From Candidatus Kapaibacterium sp. (GTDB taxonomy: Bacteria; Bacteroidota; Ignavibacteria; Kapaibacteriales; UBA2268), in the NCBI GenBank assembly GCA_937927515.1, contig CALBDO010000003.1:67274-131273 (forward strand): a DNA stretch of 64,000 nucleotides, read 5' to 3'. The notes beneath the pieces were generated by a model. The model was not told the origin of the DNA. It searched no databases and saw only the letters and a list, made by a program, of their open reading frames with translations. Both the position numbers and the translations under genes were made by a program. Each line of letters starts with the position of its first letter. The stretch's first letter is position 1. Shown in pieces: positions 27,462-36,798 of this stretch.

Positions 27462-30400
27462 CTACTCCACAAATTTTACTGAAAGTATTTTAGAAACGCC
27501 ATCATCAGCCATAGTTACACCATAGAGCATGTTTGCAAATTCCATTGTCCGCTTATTGTGAGTTATTAAAATAAATTGTACTTCTTGGGAAAACTTTTTA
27601 ATTAGCCTCAAAAATCTATCGACATTAGCGTCGTCGAGCGGTGCATCTACTTCGTCTAAAATACAAAATGGCGAGGGCTTAACAAGATATAAGGCAAAAA
27701 GCAACGAAAGAACTGTAAGGGTCTTCTCTCCTTGAGACAAAGTTTCGATTGAGTGAACTTTTTTCCCAGCTGGTTTGACTCGAATTTCTATGTCGGATTC
27801 TAAAGGGTCATTATCATTAATGACCAATTCGGCAAAACTATCCTTTCCAAAAAGTTCTTGAAAGACCTGGTTGAAATTCTCATTTACTTGTCTAAAAGTT
27901 TGTAGAAATTTCTTTTCGGCGGTTTCATCTATCTCTTTGAGAGCTTCTTTTAGAGATTTTTCTGAGTTTACGAGGTCTTTGATTTGATTTTTATAATGCT
28001 CGAGCCTTTCGCTTTTTTCTTCATATTCTTCGAGGGCTAAAAAATTGACATTTCCTAAATTATTAAGAGATTTTTTTAGTTCTGAGATTTTCAAATCTAT
28101 TTGTTCAGGAGACTCGCTATCAAAATTAGGCGTCAAAATCCAATCATTCAAATTTATTTGGTAATTTTCCATAGCTTTTGCAAAAAGTGAATGAGCAATT
28201 TCCTTGTGTCTTATTCTTTCTAATTCATTTTGGTGGATTTTTGCTGTTATTCTTTCAATTGCTTTTTGAAGGCTATCCTTATGTTCTTCCTGTTGAAACA
28301 TATTCTCTTCAAGTTCCTTCTTCTTTTGTATTAACAAATCCTTCTGATTCTTTACCTCTTTTAGTTTTTCTTCAACTAGAGTTTTATCTTCTACAAGTTT
28401 TTTTATTACTTGAATTTTTTCATTTCGGTCGTTCACCAACTTCTGAAGCTCAAGGCGTAAACTTGAAATTCGATTTTCACTGTGCTTTTTCGAATTTTCA
28501 ATTCTTTGAATTTCTTTATTCAATCCATCCATTTCAGCTTCCAATCTTACAAGTTCTTTGGCTAATTGCTGATATTTTTTATTTTCCTTTTCAAAATTCA
28601 ATTCTAATGTCTTAAATTCCAAATCCTTGTCTTGCCATTCTTTCTCGATTTCAGCCAATTTTTCCTGCATCTCTGTCAACACTTTCCGTATCTGATTTAT
28701 TTCACTCGTAAGTTTGTTTTTCTCTTCACTCATTTCGCCAACAACAGTTTTCTTAGATATTAATTCTTGCTTATATCTTTCTAAAATAATTTTTTCTTCA
28801 TTTAAATTAGATTTTTTTTGATTTAATTTGCTCTCTTCTTGTTTTAGCAAGTTTCTTTGCTTTCTAAGTTCATCTAATTTGTTATTGTTCTCCTTCTCAA
28901 GATTTTCTAAAATGCTCTCAGCATTTTTCAATTCCTGAACCAGTTCATCATATCTCTTTTCTAACTTTCTAATTCTTTCTATTTTCCCAATCGCAAGGCC
29001 TTCACCATGGTAAACCGAACCTCTTTTGTATACGATACCATTTACTATCATCTCGCCCGACAATGTCACAGCAGTTTTACAAGATGTGTTGACAACAACA
29101 AATAATGCATCGTCAAAATCTTTAACAATGACAGCATCACCGAGCACAATCCGTAACAGATTACGAATCTTGCTGTCTACATTAGGCAATTCACTTGCGT
29201 AAGCAATTATCTTCGGATGTTTATAAAATGGCTTTGTAATGGGTATCTCTGGTATACTATCCAAAGTAACAAAAAAACATTTTCCTTTGTGCTCTTTTAG
29301 AAGTATTTCTTTAGCTTTTTCAATGTCATTTTCGGTTGTTACAATGATTATATTCTTATATTGTCCAAGCAATGAATCAAAAGCAACTCGATATTGTTCA
29401 TCAATTGAAATAATTTCACCAAGCAAATTAAATGTTCTATTAATATTCCATTTGGAGTCTTTTATTAAAAATTTCGTAGTTTCATCAACTTCAAAAATTG
29501 ATTTCAATAGTTCCAAAGATGTTTGAACCTCTTTGAGTGACAACAAAATCTGATTATGTTTCTCCTTTTCAATTTTTATAGATTCACTACTTGCTTGCAG
29601 AGTTTCTTCAAATTCGGAAATTCGTTGTCTAATACTTTCAACTTGATTGGAAAATAATACAACGTCCGCCTCTAATGCTGAAATGTGTTTAGATTTTTCG
29701 GAAATTTTCAATTCAAGTTCTTTTATAACAGTTGAAATCTTATCCATTTTCTCGTCTAATAAGTTAAGAGATGATATCAATTTGTCTAAATTGAGTTTGT
29801 TAATTTTTAAATCCCTTTCTAAAACTATCTTTCTATGGTTTATTTCATTTAAGATACTCCTTTTTTCGGCCAGTCTTTTTTGATTTTGTTCATAAGATGA
29901 ATAAAGCAATGTAGATTCCTTGCGAAGTTTCATGGTTTCATTAGTTTTAAGTTCTTTTAAACGCAACAGTTCGTTGAGGGTCTTGTTAAATCGCTCAATC
30001 AAATTGTTGGTATCGGCAATCTCATTTTGCAGTTTTTTTTCCAGAGAATTTAAATTTGCGACTCTCTCGTTTTCTAAACCAATCTTTTTGTCGAGCTCGG
30101 AAAGTTCTTTATGGATTTGACTTTCATCGTATCGAACATTTTCTATTTCGCCCTCCAAGGAATCAATCATTGTCTGGAAATTATTCACCTCTTCAAGGAT
30201 TTGATTGAGTAAATCTTTTTTCTGCTGGTTCTCCTCTAAAAGTTTTGCATTTTCTTGTTCGTATTTAGTGATAATTTCATTTGATTGACTAAATTTTAAA
30301 AGCCAAAAGTTTAGTTCCAATTCCTTTAATTCTTGGTAGAGCTTGTTATACCTTTTCATTTTTGCAGCTTGCCGAGAGAGCGAGCGTACTTGACCTTCAA

Positions 30401-30992
30401 TCTCATTTACAAGGTCGTAGATGCGGAGCAAGTCGTTCTGAACAGATTCAAGTTTACGCATAGTCTCTTTCTTCCTTTGCTTGTACTTTGAAATGCCTGC
30501 TGCTTCTTCTAACAATTTTCTTCGCTCGTCGACAGTCCCATTCAAAAGCGTTTCTACAATCTTTAATTCTATGATGGAATAAGAATTATTGCCAATACCA
30601 GTATCTGCAAAAAGTTCAGAAATATCTTTTAATCTACATAAATTATTGTTTATTAAATACTCGCTTTTTCCATCACGATAAAGTCTTCGAGTAACAGTTA
30701 TTTCATTGTACTGAAGGGGTAAAATTCCTTTGTCATTTTGAAATGTGATAGAAACCTCTGCCATCCCCAAGGGTTTCCTAGTCGAAGACCCATTAAAAAT
30801 TACATTCTCCATCAACTCGCTTCGTAGTATTGATGTTCTCTGTTCGCCAAGAACCCACCTAACAGCATCAACAATATTTGTTTTTCCACAACCATTAGGT
30901 CCGATTATTGCGGTGATACCTCCATCAAAATTAAGCGAAGTTTTATTTGCAAATGATTTAAATCCCACAAGTTCAATTTTCGAAAGAAACAT
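27462..30992 (-). CDS. smc: Chromosome segregation protein SMC
   Basis: GFKSF, GPNGCGKTN, long coiled coils with hinge, GNVNFLALEEY, LSQGEK, PFCILDEVDAPLD, ITH. Confidence 0.97.
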   Translation of the reverse strand: MFLSKIELVGFKSFANKTSLNFDGGITAIIGPNGCGKTNIVDAVRWVLGEQRTSILRSELMENVIFNGSSTRKPLGMAEVSITFQNDKGILPLQYNEITVTRRLYRDGKSEYLINNNLCRLKDISELFADTGIGNNSYSIIELKIVETLLNGTVDERRKLLEEAAGISKYKQRKKETMRKLESVQNDLLRIYDLVNEIEGQVRSLSRQAAKMKRYNKLYQELKELELNFWLLKFSQSNEIITKYEQENAKLLEENQQKKDLLNQILEEVNNFQTMIDSLEGEIENVRYDESQIHKELSELDKKIGLENERVANLNSLEKKLQNEIADTNNLIERFNKTLNELLRLKELKTNETMKLRKESTLLYSSYEQNQKRLAEKRSILNEINHRKIVLERDLKINKLNLDKLISSLNLLDEKMDKISTVIKELELKISEKSKHISALEADVVLFSNQVESIRQRISEFEETLQASSESIKIEKEKHNQILLSLKEVQTSLELLKSIFEVDETTKFLIKDSKWNINRTFNLLGEIISIDEQYRVAFDSLLGQYKNIIIVTTENDIEKAKEILLKEHKGKCFFVTLDSIPEIPITKPFYKHPKIIAYASELPNVDSKIRNLLRIVLGDAVIVKDFDDALFVVVNTSCKTAVTLSGEMIVNGIVYKRGSVYHGEGLAIGKIERIRKLEKRYDELVQELKNAESILENLEKENNNKLDELRKQRNLLKQEESKLNQKKSNLNEEKIILERYKQELISKKTVVGEMSEEKNKLTSEINQIRKVLTEMQEKLAEIEKEWQDKDLEFKTLELNFEKENKKYQQLAKELVRLEAEMDGLNKEIQRIENSKKHSENRISSLRLELQKLVNDRNEKIQVIKKLVEDKTLVEEKLKEVKNQKDLLIQKKKELEENMFQQEEHKDSLQKAIERITAKIHQNELERIRHKEIAHSLFAKAMENYQINLNDWILTPNFDSESPEQIDLKISELKKSLNNLGNVNFLALEEYEEKSERLEHYKNQIKDLVNSEKSLKEALKEIDETAEKKFLQTFRQVNENFNQVFQELFGKDSFAELVINDNDPLESDIEIRVKPAGKKVHSIETLSQGEKTLTVLSLLFALYLVKPSPFCILDEVDAPLDDANVDRFLRLIKKFSQEVQFILITHNKRTMEFANMLYGVTMADDGVSKILSVKFVE

Positions 30993-31014
30993 CAGCGAGC
31001 AAATTTTAAAAGTA

Positions 31015-31022
31015 CAAATTTA
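31015..31022 (-). promoter_or_regulatory. TAnnTTTG -7 element upstream of smc
   Basis: Minus strand TAAATTTG 22 nt before the smc ATG. Confidence 0.4.
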
Positions 31023-31128
31023 AGAATTCCAACTGCATTTAGAAAGTTCATATAAGTACAAACTTTGGTGTAATATATGCTATGAAATTTCGTCAAATAA
31101 CTCGACAAAAAAACAAATTGGAGGAGAT

Positions 31129-32664
31129 ATGACAAACAAAAGCATTAAAATTACTGCAATTTCCGCGACTGGCATAGTTTTACTCTTAGCGTTTTATTTT
31201 ACAATTTTCAAAGGAATAATTTTTGCACAGCAAGAAATAGGATTGCCAAAGCCACCAGTAGAGTTGAACCCAAGCGTAAAAGCACTAAACGATGCTTTTA
31301 AGAATGCATCTAATGCTGTTATCGAAAGCGTTGTAAATATTCGCGTGAAAATCAAACAAAAATCAAGCTCTAATTTTTTCAGATTTTTTCCATTTAATGA
31401 AGAAGACCCATTCTTTAAAGATTGGGAGGATTTTCTAAAAAAACACTTCCAAGATATCGACCCAGAAATGACCTCTGCCGGTAGCGGGGTATTCGTTACC
31501 TCCGATGGATACATAGTAACTAACAATCATGTCGTGGAAAATGCCGACGAGATAAAAGTCACTACATTTAACAAGAAAGAATACAAAGCCAAAATAGTGG
31601 GAACAGACAAATGGACCGACTTAGCAGTAATTAAAATCGAAGGTGAGGGTTTCAAACCTGTGCATTTCGCAAATATGGACGAAATCAAAGTGGGAGAAAT
31701 AGTTATTGCAGTTGGAAATCCTTTAGGACTAAACTCCACTGTAACTTCTGGAATTATCAGCGCCTTGGGGCGCGGGGGATTAAATTTGATACGTCCCGAA
31801 GATGGGAATAAGGCAAATTTTGCTATCGAAAATTTTATACAGACAGATGCCCCAATCAACCCCGGTAACAGCGGTGGTGGTCTTTTCAATCTTAGCGGGA
31901 GTCTTGTAGGTATTAATACAGCTATCGCCACGCGAACTGGAACATATATTGGATATGGATTTGCTATCCCTGCCGACCTTGTTAAAAAGGTGGTCTCGGA
32001 AATTATCCGCACCGGTAAGTTTGAACGAGCATATCTCGGAGTATCGATAAGAAATTTAGATGAAACATTTGCGAAAGCACTTGGATTAAAGGAAATTAAA
32101 GGAGCTTTGGTCAATAGCGTAGAGCCGAACAGCCCTGCAAGCAAGGCTGGAATTGAAACCGAAGATGTTATTCTTGCGGTAGACGGAAAAGAAATTTCCT
32201 CGAGTAGTGAATTACAAATAGAAATTGCAAAAAGAAAACCCGGAGAAACAGTTGAGTTAACTATCTGGAGAAACAAAAAGGAAATTAAAATTAAAGCAAA
32301 ATTAGGTTCTCGCGATTCTGACTTTGCTGAAAAAGCAGACCAGGATTTAGACGAACCAAAGCCAGGAGAACCTGTAAAGATTAAATCCCTTGGTATATCC
32401 GTTACACCAATCGACGACAAGATTAAAGAAAATTTTGATGTGAAAAATGGCGTTTACCTTAAAGATGTTCAGAATAGGACTTTGCGTCAAGAACGTGGAT
32501 TGCTCCCAGGCGGTGTTATAACCAAAGTTGATAACCAAGATATTACCTCTGTAAGTCAATTCAAGAAGATTATCGAGTCGAAAAAACCGGGCGAAGCTGT
32601 CCTATTAAGAATTAAGTATAAGGAAACATCAACAATTGTTGCTATAGAAATACCAGAGAGTTGA
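31129..32664 (+). CDS. degP: Do/DegP-family serine protease with two PDZ domains
   Basis: TNNHVV, DLAVIK, QTDAPINPGNSGG, two PDZ domains. Confidence 0.95.
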   Translation: MTNKSIKITAISATGIVLLLAFYFTIFKGIIFAQQEIGLPKPPVELNPSVKALNDAFKNASNAVIESVVNIRVKIKQKSSSNFFRFFPFNEEDPFFKDWEDFLKKHFQDIDPEMTSAGSGVFVTSDGYIVTNNHVVENADEIKVTTFNKKEYKAKIVGTDKWTDLAVIKIEGEGFKPVHFANMDEIKVGEIVIAVGNPLGLNSTVTSGIISALGRGGLNLIRPEDGNKANFAIENFIQTDAPINPGNSGGGLFNLSGSLVGINTAIATRTGTYIGYGFAIPADLVKKVVSEIIRTGKFERAYLGVSIRNLDETFAKALGLKEIKGALVNSVEPNSPASKAGIETEDVILAVDGKEISSSSELQIEIAKRKPGETVELTIWRNKKEIKIKAKLGSRDSDFAEKADQDLDEPKPGEPVKIKSLGISVTPIDDKIKENFDVKNGVYLKDVQNRTLRQERGLLPGGVITKVDNQDITSVSQFKKIIESKKPGEAVLLRIKYKETSTIVAIEIPES

Positions 32665-32692
32665 TAATACGACCATATTTTGTAAAATTAAT

Positions 32693-32725
32693 AACCGTCG
32701 ATGCAAATAAATGCATTCGACGGTT
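32693..32725. terminator. Bidirectional terminator hairpin between convergent degP and hydA
   Basis: AACCGTCGATGCA...TGCATTCGACGGTT inverted repeat. Confidence 0.75.
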
Positions 32726-32746
32726 TGCTTTTAAGAAAATATAATA

Positions 32747-34624
32747 TTAAACAATAAATTTACCCCGTTTAACGTAATGGGTGTGTAAAAGTTTGTGCGA
32801 AATATGCCCACAAGGACCATCGACTAAGAACTTCTCGTAAATGTATTTGATATGTGGATTTTCGTGAGATTTTCTAATAGGTAATTCTTTGTCTTCATTG
32901 TAAATGGCTTCGGCACGTTTTCTTCTAATTTCTGGACTTGTTGGGATGGGTTGTCCACCTCCACCAATACAACCACCTGGACAAGCCATAATTTCTACAA
33001 AATGGTAATCATCCAACTCTCCATGAATTAATGCTTCCATTACTTTTCTTGCATTCGAGGTTCCGTGGGCAATCATGAACTTAACTTCGAAGCCCTCGAG
33101 AAATCTCCATTCATCTTTAACATCTGTCAAAATAACCGAACCTTGCCTTACCCCATCCATACCACGGCAGGGAGTAATGTCAAGATTCTCAAAAGGTACT
33201 TCCCGCCCAGTAACAATCTCGTAAACTGTTCTTAATGCTGCTTCCATCACGCCTCCGGTAGCACCAAAAATTAAACCAGCACCAGAGGCATTACCAAATG
33301 GCTCATCAAAATAGCTTTTTGGTAGTTCTGGTAAATAAATCCCAGCTTCTTTTATCATTTGAGCAAGTTCTCTTGTTGTTAATCCATAATCGATATCTTT
33401 GTATCCAGAAGCATTCATTTCTGGACGATTGCATTCAAATTTTTTGGCTGTACAAGGCATTACTGCTACAGTTACAATATTTGCTGGGTCGATTTGCATT
33501 TCCTGAGCATAGAATGTCTTAATTATTGCACCAAACATTTGTTGGGGGGATTTGCAAGTGGATAAATAATCTAAGTGTTCTGGATAATAGTGTTCAATGA
33601 ACTTAATCCATCCGGGTGAACAAGAAGTAAATTGTGGCAATTTTACTTCGGGGTCACCAAAAAGGTATTTTCTTTTCAATCTAAGTAAAAGCTCCGTACC
33701 CTCTTCCATTATGGTTAAATCTGCTGCAAAATTAGTGTCGAAAACACGGTCGAAACCAATCATTCTTAGGGCAGTAACCATTTGTCCAGTCATTGAATGC
33801 CCGGGAGGCAATCCAAATTCCTCCCCTATAGCAGCTCGAATTGAGGGTGCAGTTTGAATTACAACATGCTTAGTTGGGTCGTCGATAGCTTTCCATATTT
33901 CATCTGATGGGTCCTTTGCCCTAAGAGCTCCAGTTGGGCAACGATTAATACATTGACCGCAATTAATACAGATGACATCTAATATTGGCTTGTCCATAAA
34001 AGTAGATATTAGTGTAGAATAGCCTCGCCTTGTTGCCTCCAATACCCCAACTTCTTGGAGGTCGATACAAGTACGAACACATCTTTTACAGAGAACGCAT
34101 TTATCCATATCCCGAACTATGGCATAACTTGAGCGGTCTACTTCATAACGTGGTTCTTTTATGTGACCAAATCTGTAGAAATCAACACCATATTCTTTTG
34201 CAAGTCTTTGCAATTCACAATTGTTATTTCTCACGCAAGAATAACATTCACCATAATGTTCGCTTAGCAGCAAGTCTAAGATGTGGCGTCGTGCCTTGCG
34301 AACACGCTCGGATGTTGTCCAGATTTTAATTTTGTTTGTTATAGGATATGCACAGGAGGCCTGCAATGTTCGCATGCCTTCAACTTCAACAACACATACA
34401 CGACATGCACCAGCAAGGCACAAATCCTCGTGATAACATAGCGATGGAATGTGAATATTGTTATTACGACAAGCCTCCAAAATAGTCATTCCAAATGGCA
34501 CCGTATAACCTTTACCATTGATTTCAACATCGATATAAGCTCCGACATCAGCATCTGCTTTGATTTCAACTTTGTGAGGCTTCTGTGCAACTGGTGCCCT
34601 ATTTTGCATTGCATTAATAGCCAT
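32747..34624 (-). CDS. hydA: [FeFe]-hydrogenase catalytic subunit, group A (HydA/HndD type)
   Basis: [2Fe-2S], His-ligated [4Fe-4S] (HYGECYSC), 2x[4Fe-4S]; H-cluster motifs TSCSPGW, MPCTAKKFEC, EIMACPGGCIGGGGQP; start moved to ATG 34624. Confidence 0.96.
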   Translation of the reverse strand: MAINAMQNRAPVAQKPHKVEIKADADVGAYIDVEINGKGYTVPFGMTILEACRNNNIHIPSLCYHEDLCLAGACRVCVVEVEGMRTLQASCAYPITNKIKIWTTSERVRKARRHILDLLLSEHYGECYSCVRNNNCELQRLAKEYGVDFYRFGHIKEPRYEVDRSSYAIVRDMDKCVLCKRCVRTCIDLQEVGVLEATRRGYSTLISTFMDKPILDVICINCGQCINRCPTGALRAKDPSDEIWKAIDDPTKHVVIQTAPSIRAAIGEEFGLPPGHSMTGQMVTALRMIGFDRVFDTNFAADLTIMEEGTELLLRLKRKYLFGDPEVKLPQFTSCSPGWIKFIEHYYPEHLDYLSTCKSPQQMFGAIIKTFYAQEMQIDPANIVTVAVMPCTAKKFECNRPEMNASGYKDIDYGLTTRELAQMIKEAGIYLPELPKSYFDEPFGNASGAGLIFGATGGVMEAALRTVYEIVTGREVPFENLDITPCRGMDGVRQGSVILTDVKDEWRFLEGFEVKFMIAHGTSNARKVMEALIHGELDDYHFVEIMACPGGCIGGGGQPIPTSPEIRRKRAEAIYNEDKELPIRKSHENPHIKYIYEKFLVDGPCGHISHKLLHTHYVKRGKFIV

Positions 34625-35807
34625 TTTTGCCTCGAATTGAGTTCGACATGATTTCATCTTTGAAATTAGTAACTATTGAAATGAATGGATTTGGAGAGGA
34701 CTGCCCAAGGCCACATTTAGAAGCTATTTGCATAGTCTTTCCCAGTTCTATCAATTCATTTAAATATTTGTGAGAGCATTTACCCTCTTCGAGAAGTTCT
34801 ACTCCTTCGAGAAGTTTTTTGTTTCCAATTCGGCAAGGAGTACATTGTCCACAACTTTCTTCTACAAAAAATTCCATAAAGTTTTTCAATACTTCTAGCA
34901 TATTACGATTTTGGTTGAAGATAATCACAGAACCGCCTGTTGGAATATCTTCGAAAGAAATATTTCTGTCTATTTCGCTCATTGGAACACAAATACCAGA
35001 AGCGCCGCCAATTTGAACAGCCTTTGTATCTTCGGCTCCGACAAGTTCCAAAAGCTCTTTAACTTTTATTCCAAAGGGAACCTCGTATACACCTGGTTTC
35101 TTACAATCCCCAGAAACAGAAATCAATTTCATACCTTTTGATTTCTCGGTACCATACTTTGAAAACCATTGAGCGCCTTTTGAAATAACTATGTATGCAC
35201 AAGCAAATGTCTCTACATTATTTACTATCGTTGGATAGCCAAGATATCCAGTATTAACAGGAAATGGTGGCCGATTTCGTGCTTCCCCTCGGTGACCCTC
35301 CAAAGATTCAATTAGTGCGGTTTCCTCACCACAAACATAAGCCCCAGAACCAAGGCGAATTTCAATGTCGAAGTCAAAATTTGTACCAAGAATGTTTTTA
35401 CCTAAACGCTTTTCTTTTCTCATTCTCTCAAGGTAATCGTTTAAATATTCATAAAGATAAGCATATTCGCCCCGTAGGTAAATAAAACCTTTCTGTGCTT
35501 GAATTGCATATCCACCAATAACAATCCCTTCGAGAACCAATTTAGTATATTCAGAAAGTAGCACACGGTCCTTAAATGTCCCTGGTTCACCTTCGTCAGC
35601 ATTGCAAACAACAAACTTCTTATCGGATTTTGCTGTAAGAGCCAGCATCCATTTAGTCCCAGTAGGAAAACCAGCACCTCCACGACCACGCAATCCAGAC
35701 TCTCTTACTTCCAATACAACTTCTTGCGGGGTCATTTTCAAAGCTTTTTCCAAAGCTTCTCCATGAGCTCTTTCATCAAAAAACACTGTATCATTTATAA
35801 TTGGCAT
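34614..35807 (-). CDS. hydB: NuoF-like FMN/NADH-binding hydrogenase subunit (short form)
   Basis: GRGGAGFP, NADEGEPGTFKDR, GAYVCGEETAL, QIGGASG, ESCGQCTPCR...CGLG; 397 aa with no extra ferredoxin domains. Confidence 0.92.
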   Translation of the reverse strand: MPIINDTVFFDERAHGEALEKALKMTPQEVVLEVRESGLRGRGGAGFPTGTKWMLALTAKSDKKFVVCNADEGEPGTFKDRVLLSEYTKLVLEGIVIGGYAIQAQKGFIYLRGEYAYLYEYLNDYLERMRKEKRLGKNILGTNFDFDIEIRLGSGAYVCGEETALIESLEGHRGEARNRPPFPVNTGYLGYPTIVNNVETFACAYIVISKGAQWFSKYGTEKSKGMKLISVSGDCKKPGVYEVPFGIKVKELLELVGAEDTKAVQIGGASGICVPMSEIDRNISFEDIPTGGSVIIFNQNRNMLEVLKNFMEFFVEESCGQCTPCRIGNKKLLEGVELLEEGKCSHKYLNELIELGKTMQIASKCGLGQSSPNPFISIVTNFKDEIMSNSIRGKNGY

Positions 35808-35815
35808 AGCTCCTC

Positions 35816-36289
35816 CTACTTCAAATTTTCAATGATTTCAATAACTTTCGATGGCGTAAGTTTTGTGTACACTTGTTCGTTTATTAACATTGCTGGTCCT
35901 TGGTCGCACATACCTATGCAGTGACAATATTCCAAAGTAAATTTCCTATCCGAAGAGGTTTCTCCAAATTTTAAACCCAACTCCCTTTGCAATGTATTTG
36001 CAACAGCATCTTTCCCAGCAAGGTCGCATGATATAGTTTTGCATAATCGAATAATGTACTTTCCCTTCGGTTCAGTACTTAAAAAGCTATAAAATGTTAC
36101 TACTCCATAAACCTCGACAGGATGGATATTCATTTTGTGCGCAATTTCCTGCATGGCAAAGTCGGAAATAAAACCAAACTTTCTTTGAATGTCTTGTAGT
36201 ACTGGTAGTAAGTTCTCTCGACCACTACCATATTTTTCGATTAATTTCTCAACTTCATTGACTATTACGTTATTATCTGGAACAATCAT
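35816..36289 (-). CDS. hydC: NuoE-like [2Fe-2S] hydrogenase subunit
   Basis: VYGVVTFYS, CKTISC, CIGMCDQGP; ATG 36289 with SD GAGGG. Confidence 0.92.
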   Translation of the reverse strand: MIVPDNNVIVNEVEKLIEKYGSGRENLLPVLQDIQRKFGFISDFAMQEIAHKMNIHPVEVYGVVTFYSFLSTEPKGKYIIRLCKTISCDLAGKDAVANTLQRELGLKFGETSSDRKFTLEYCHCIGMCDQGPAMLINEQVYTKLTPSKVIEIIENLK

Positions 36290-36296
36290 ACTTCCC

Positions 36297-36668
36297 TCAT
36301 TTTTTTCCAAGGTATTTATTAATTATATCCAGAAGTACATCGGATTTAATGGGTTTTTCAAGAAATTCATCTACAGGAAGGTACTCGCTTACTCCAAAAT
36401 CATAGCCGGAAACTTTTGCAATAGATGTAAGAAGTAATATAGGTTTTTCAAAACCCATATTTCTTAACTTCATTGCCAAAAAGAAACCATCATCTGGCTC
36501 CTCCATCATAACATCGAGCAAAACCAAGTCTGGTCTTTCCCTTTCAATAAGTTCAAAACCATCTTTTGTATTCGTTGCAGAGACAACTTCAATACCTTTG
36601 TTCTTAAGAATTAAACTAACTGCATCGATGATGTCTATGTCATCATCAACGATAGCAATTTTGACCAT
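36297..36668 (-). CDS. Single-domain response regulator (receiver only)
   Basis: IVDDD, LLDVMME, LLTS, LEKP; stop 7 nt before the hydC start. Confidence 0.9.
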   Translation of the reverse strand: MVKIAIVDDDIDIIDAVSLILKNKGIEVVSATNTKDGFELIERERPDLVLLDVMMEEPDDGFFLAMKLRNMGFEKPILLLTSIAKVSGYDFGVSEYLPVDEFLEKPIKSDVLLDIINKYLGKK

Positions 36669-36798
36669 AAAATCACCTTTATTTTCATAAAAACACAACG
36701 GTTACAAATGCAATCTACGAGTTAAAAACTAATTAGATGTTACAGATTTGAAAGTGTGTATTAAAATGTTTTTGATTTTGTTGTTGAAAATTTTATTT

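Noticed and set aside
26976..30992. SMC next to a nuclease as a Wadjet/Lamassu-like defence system
   Set aside because: SMC is the canonical hinge-containing housekeeping type and the nuclease is an exported lipoprotein; no kleisin, kite or Toprim genes
31527..32420. 297-aa antisense ORF
   Set aside because: Typical open antisense frame of degP/htrA with no independent motifs
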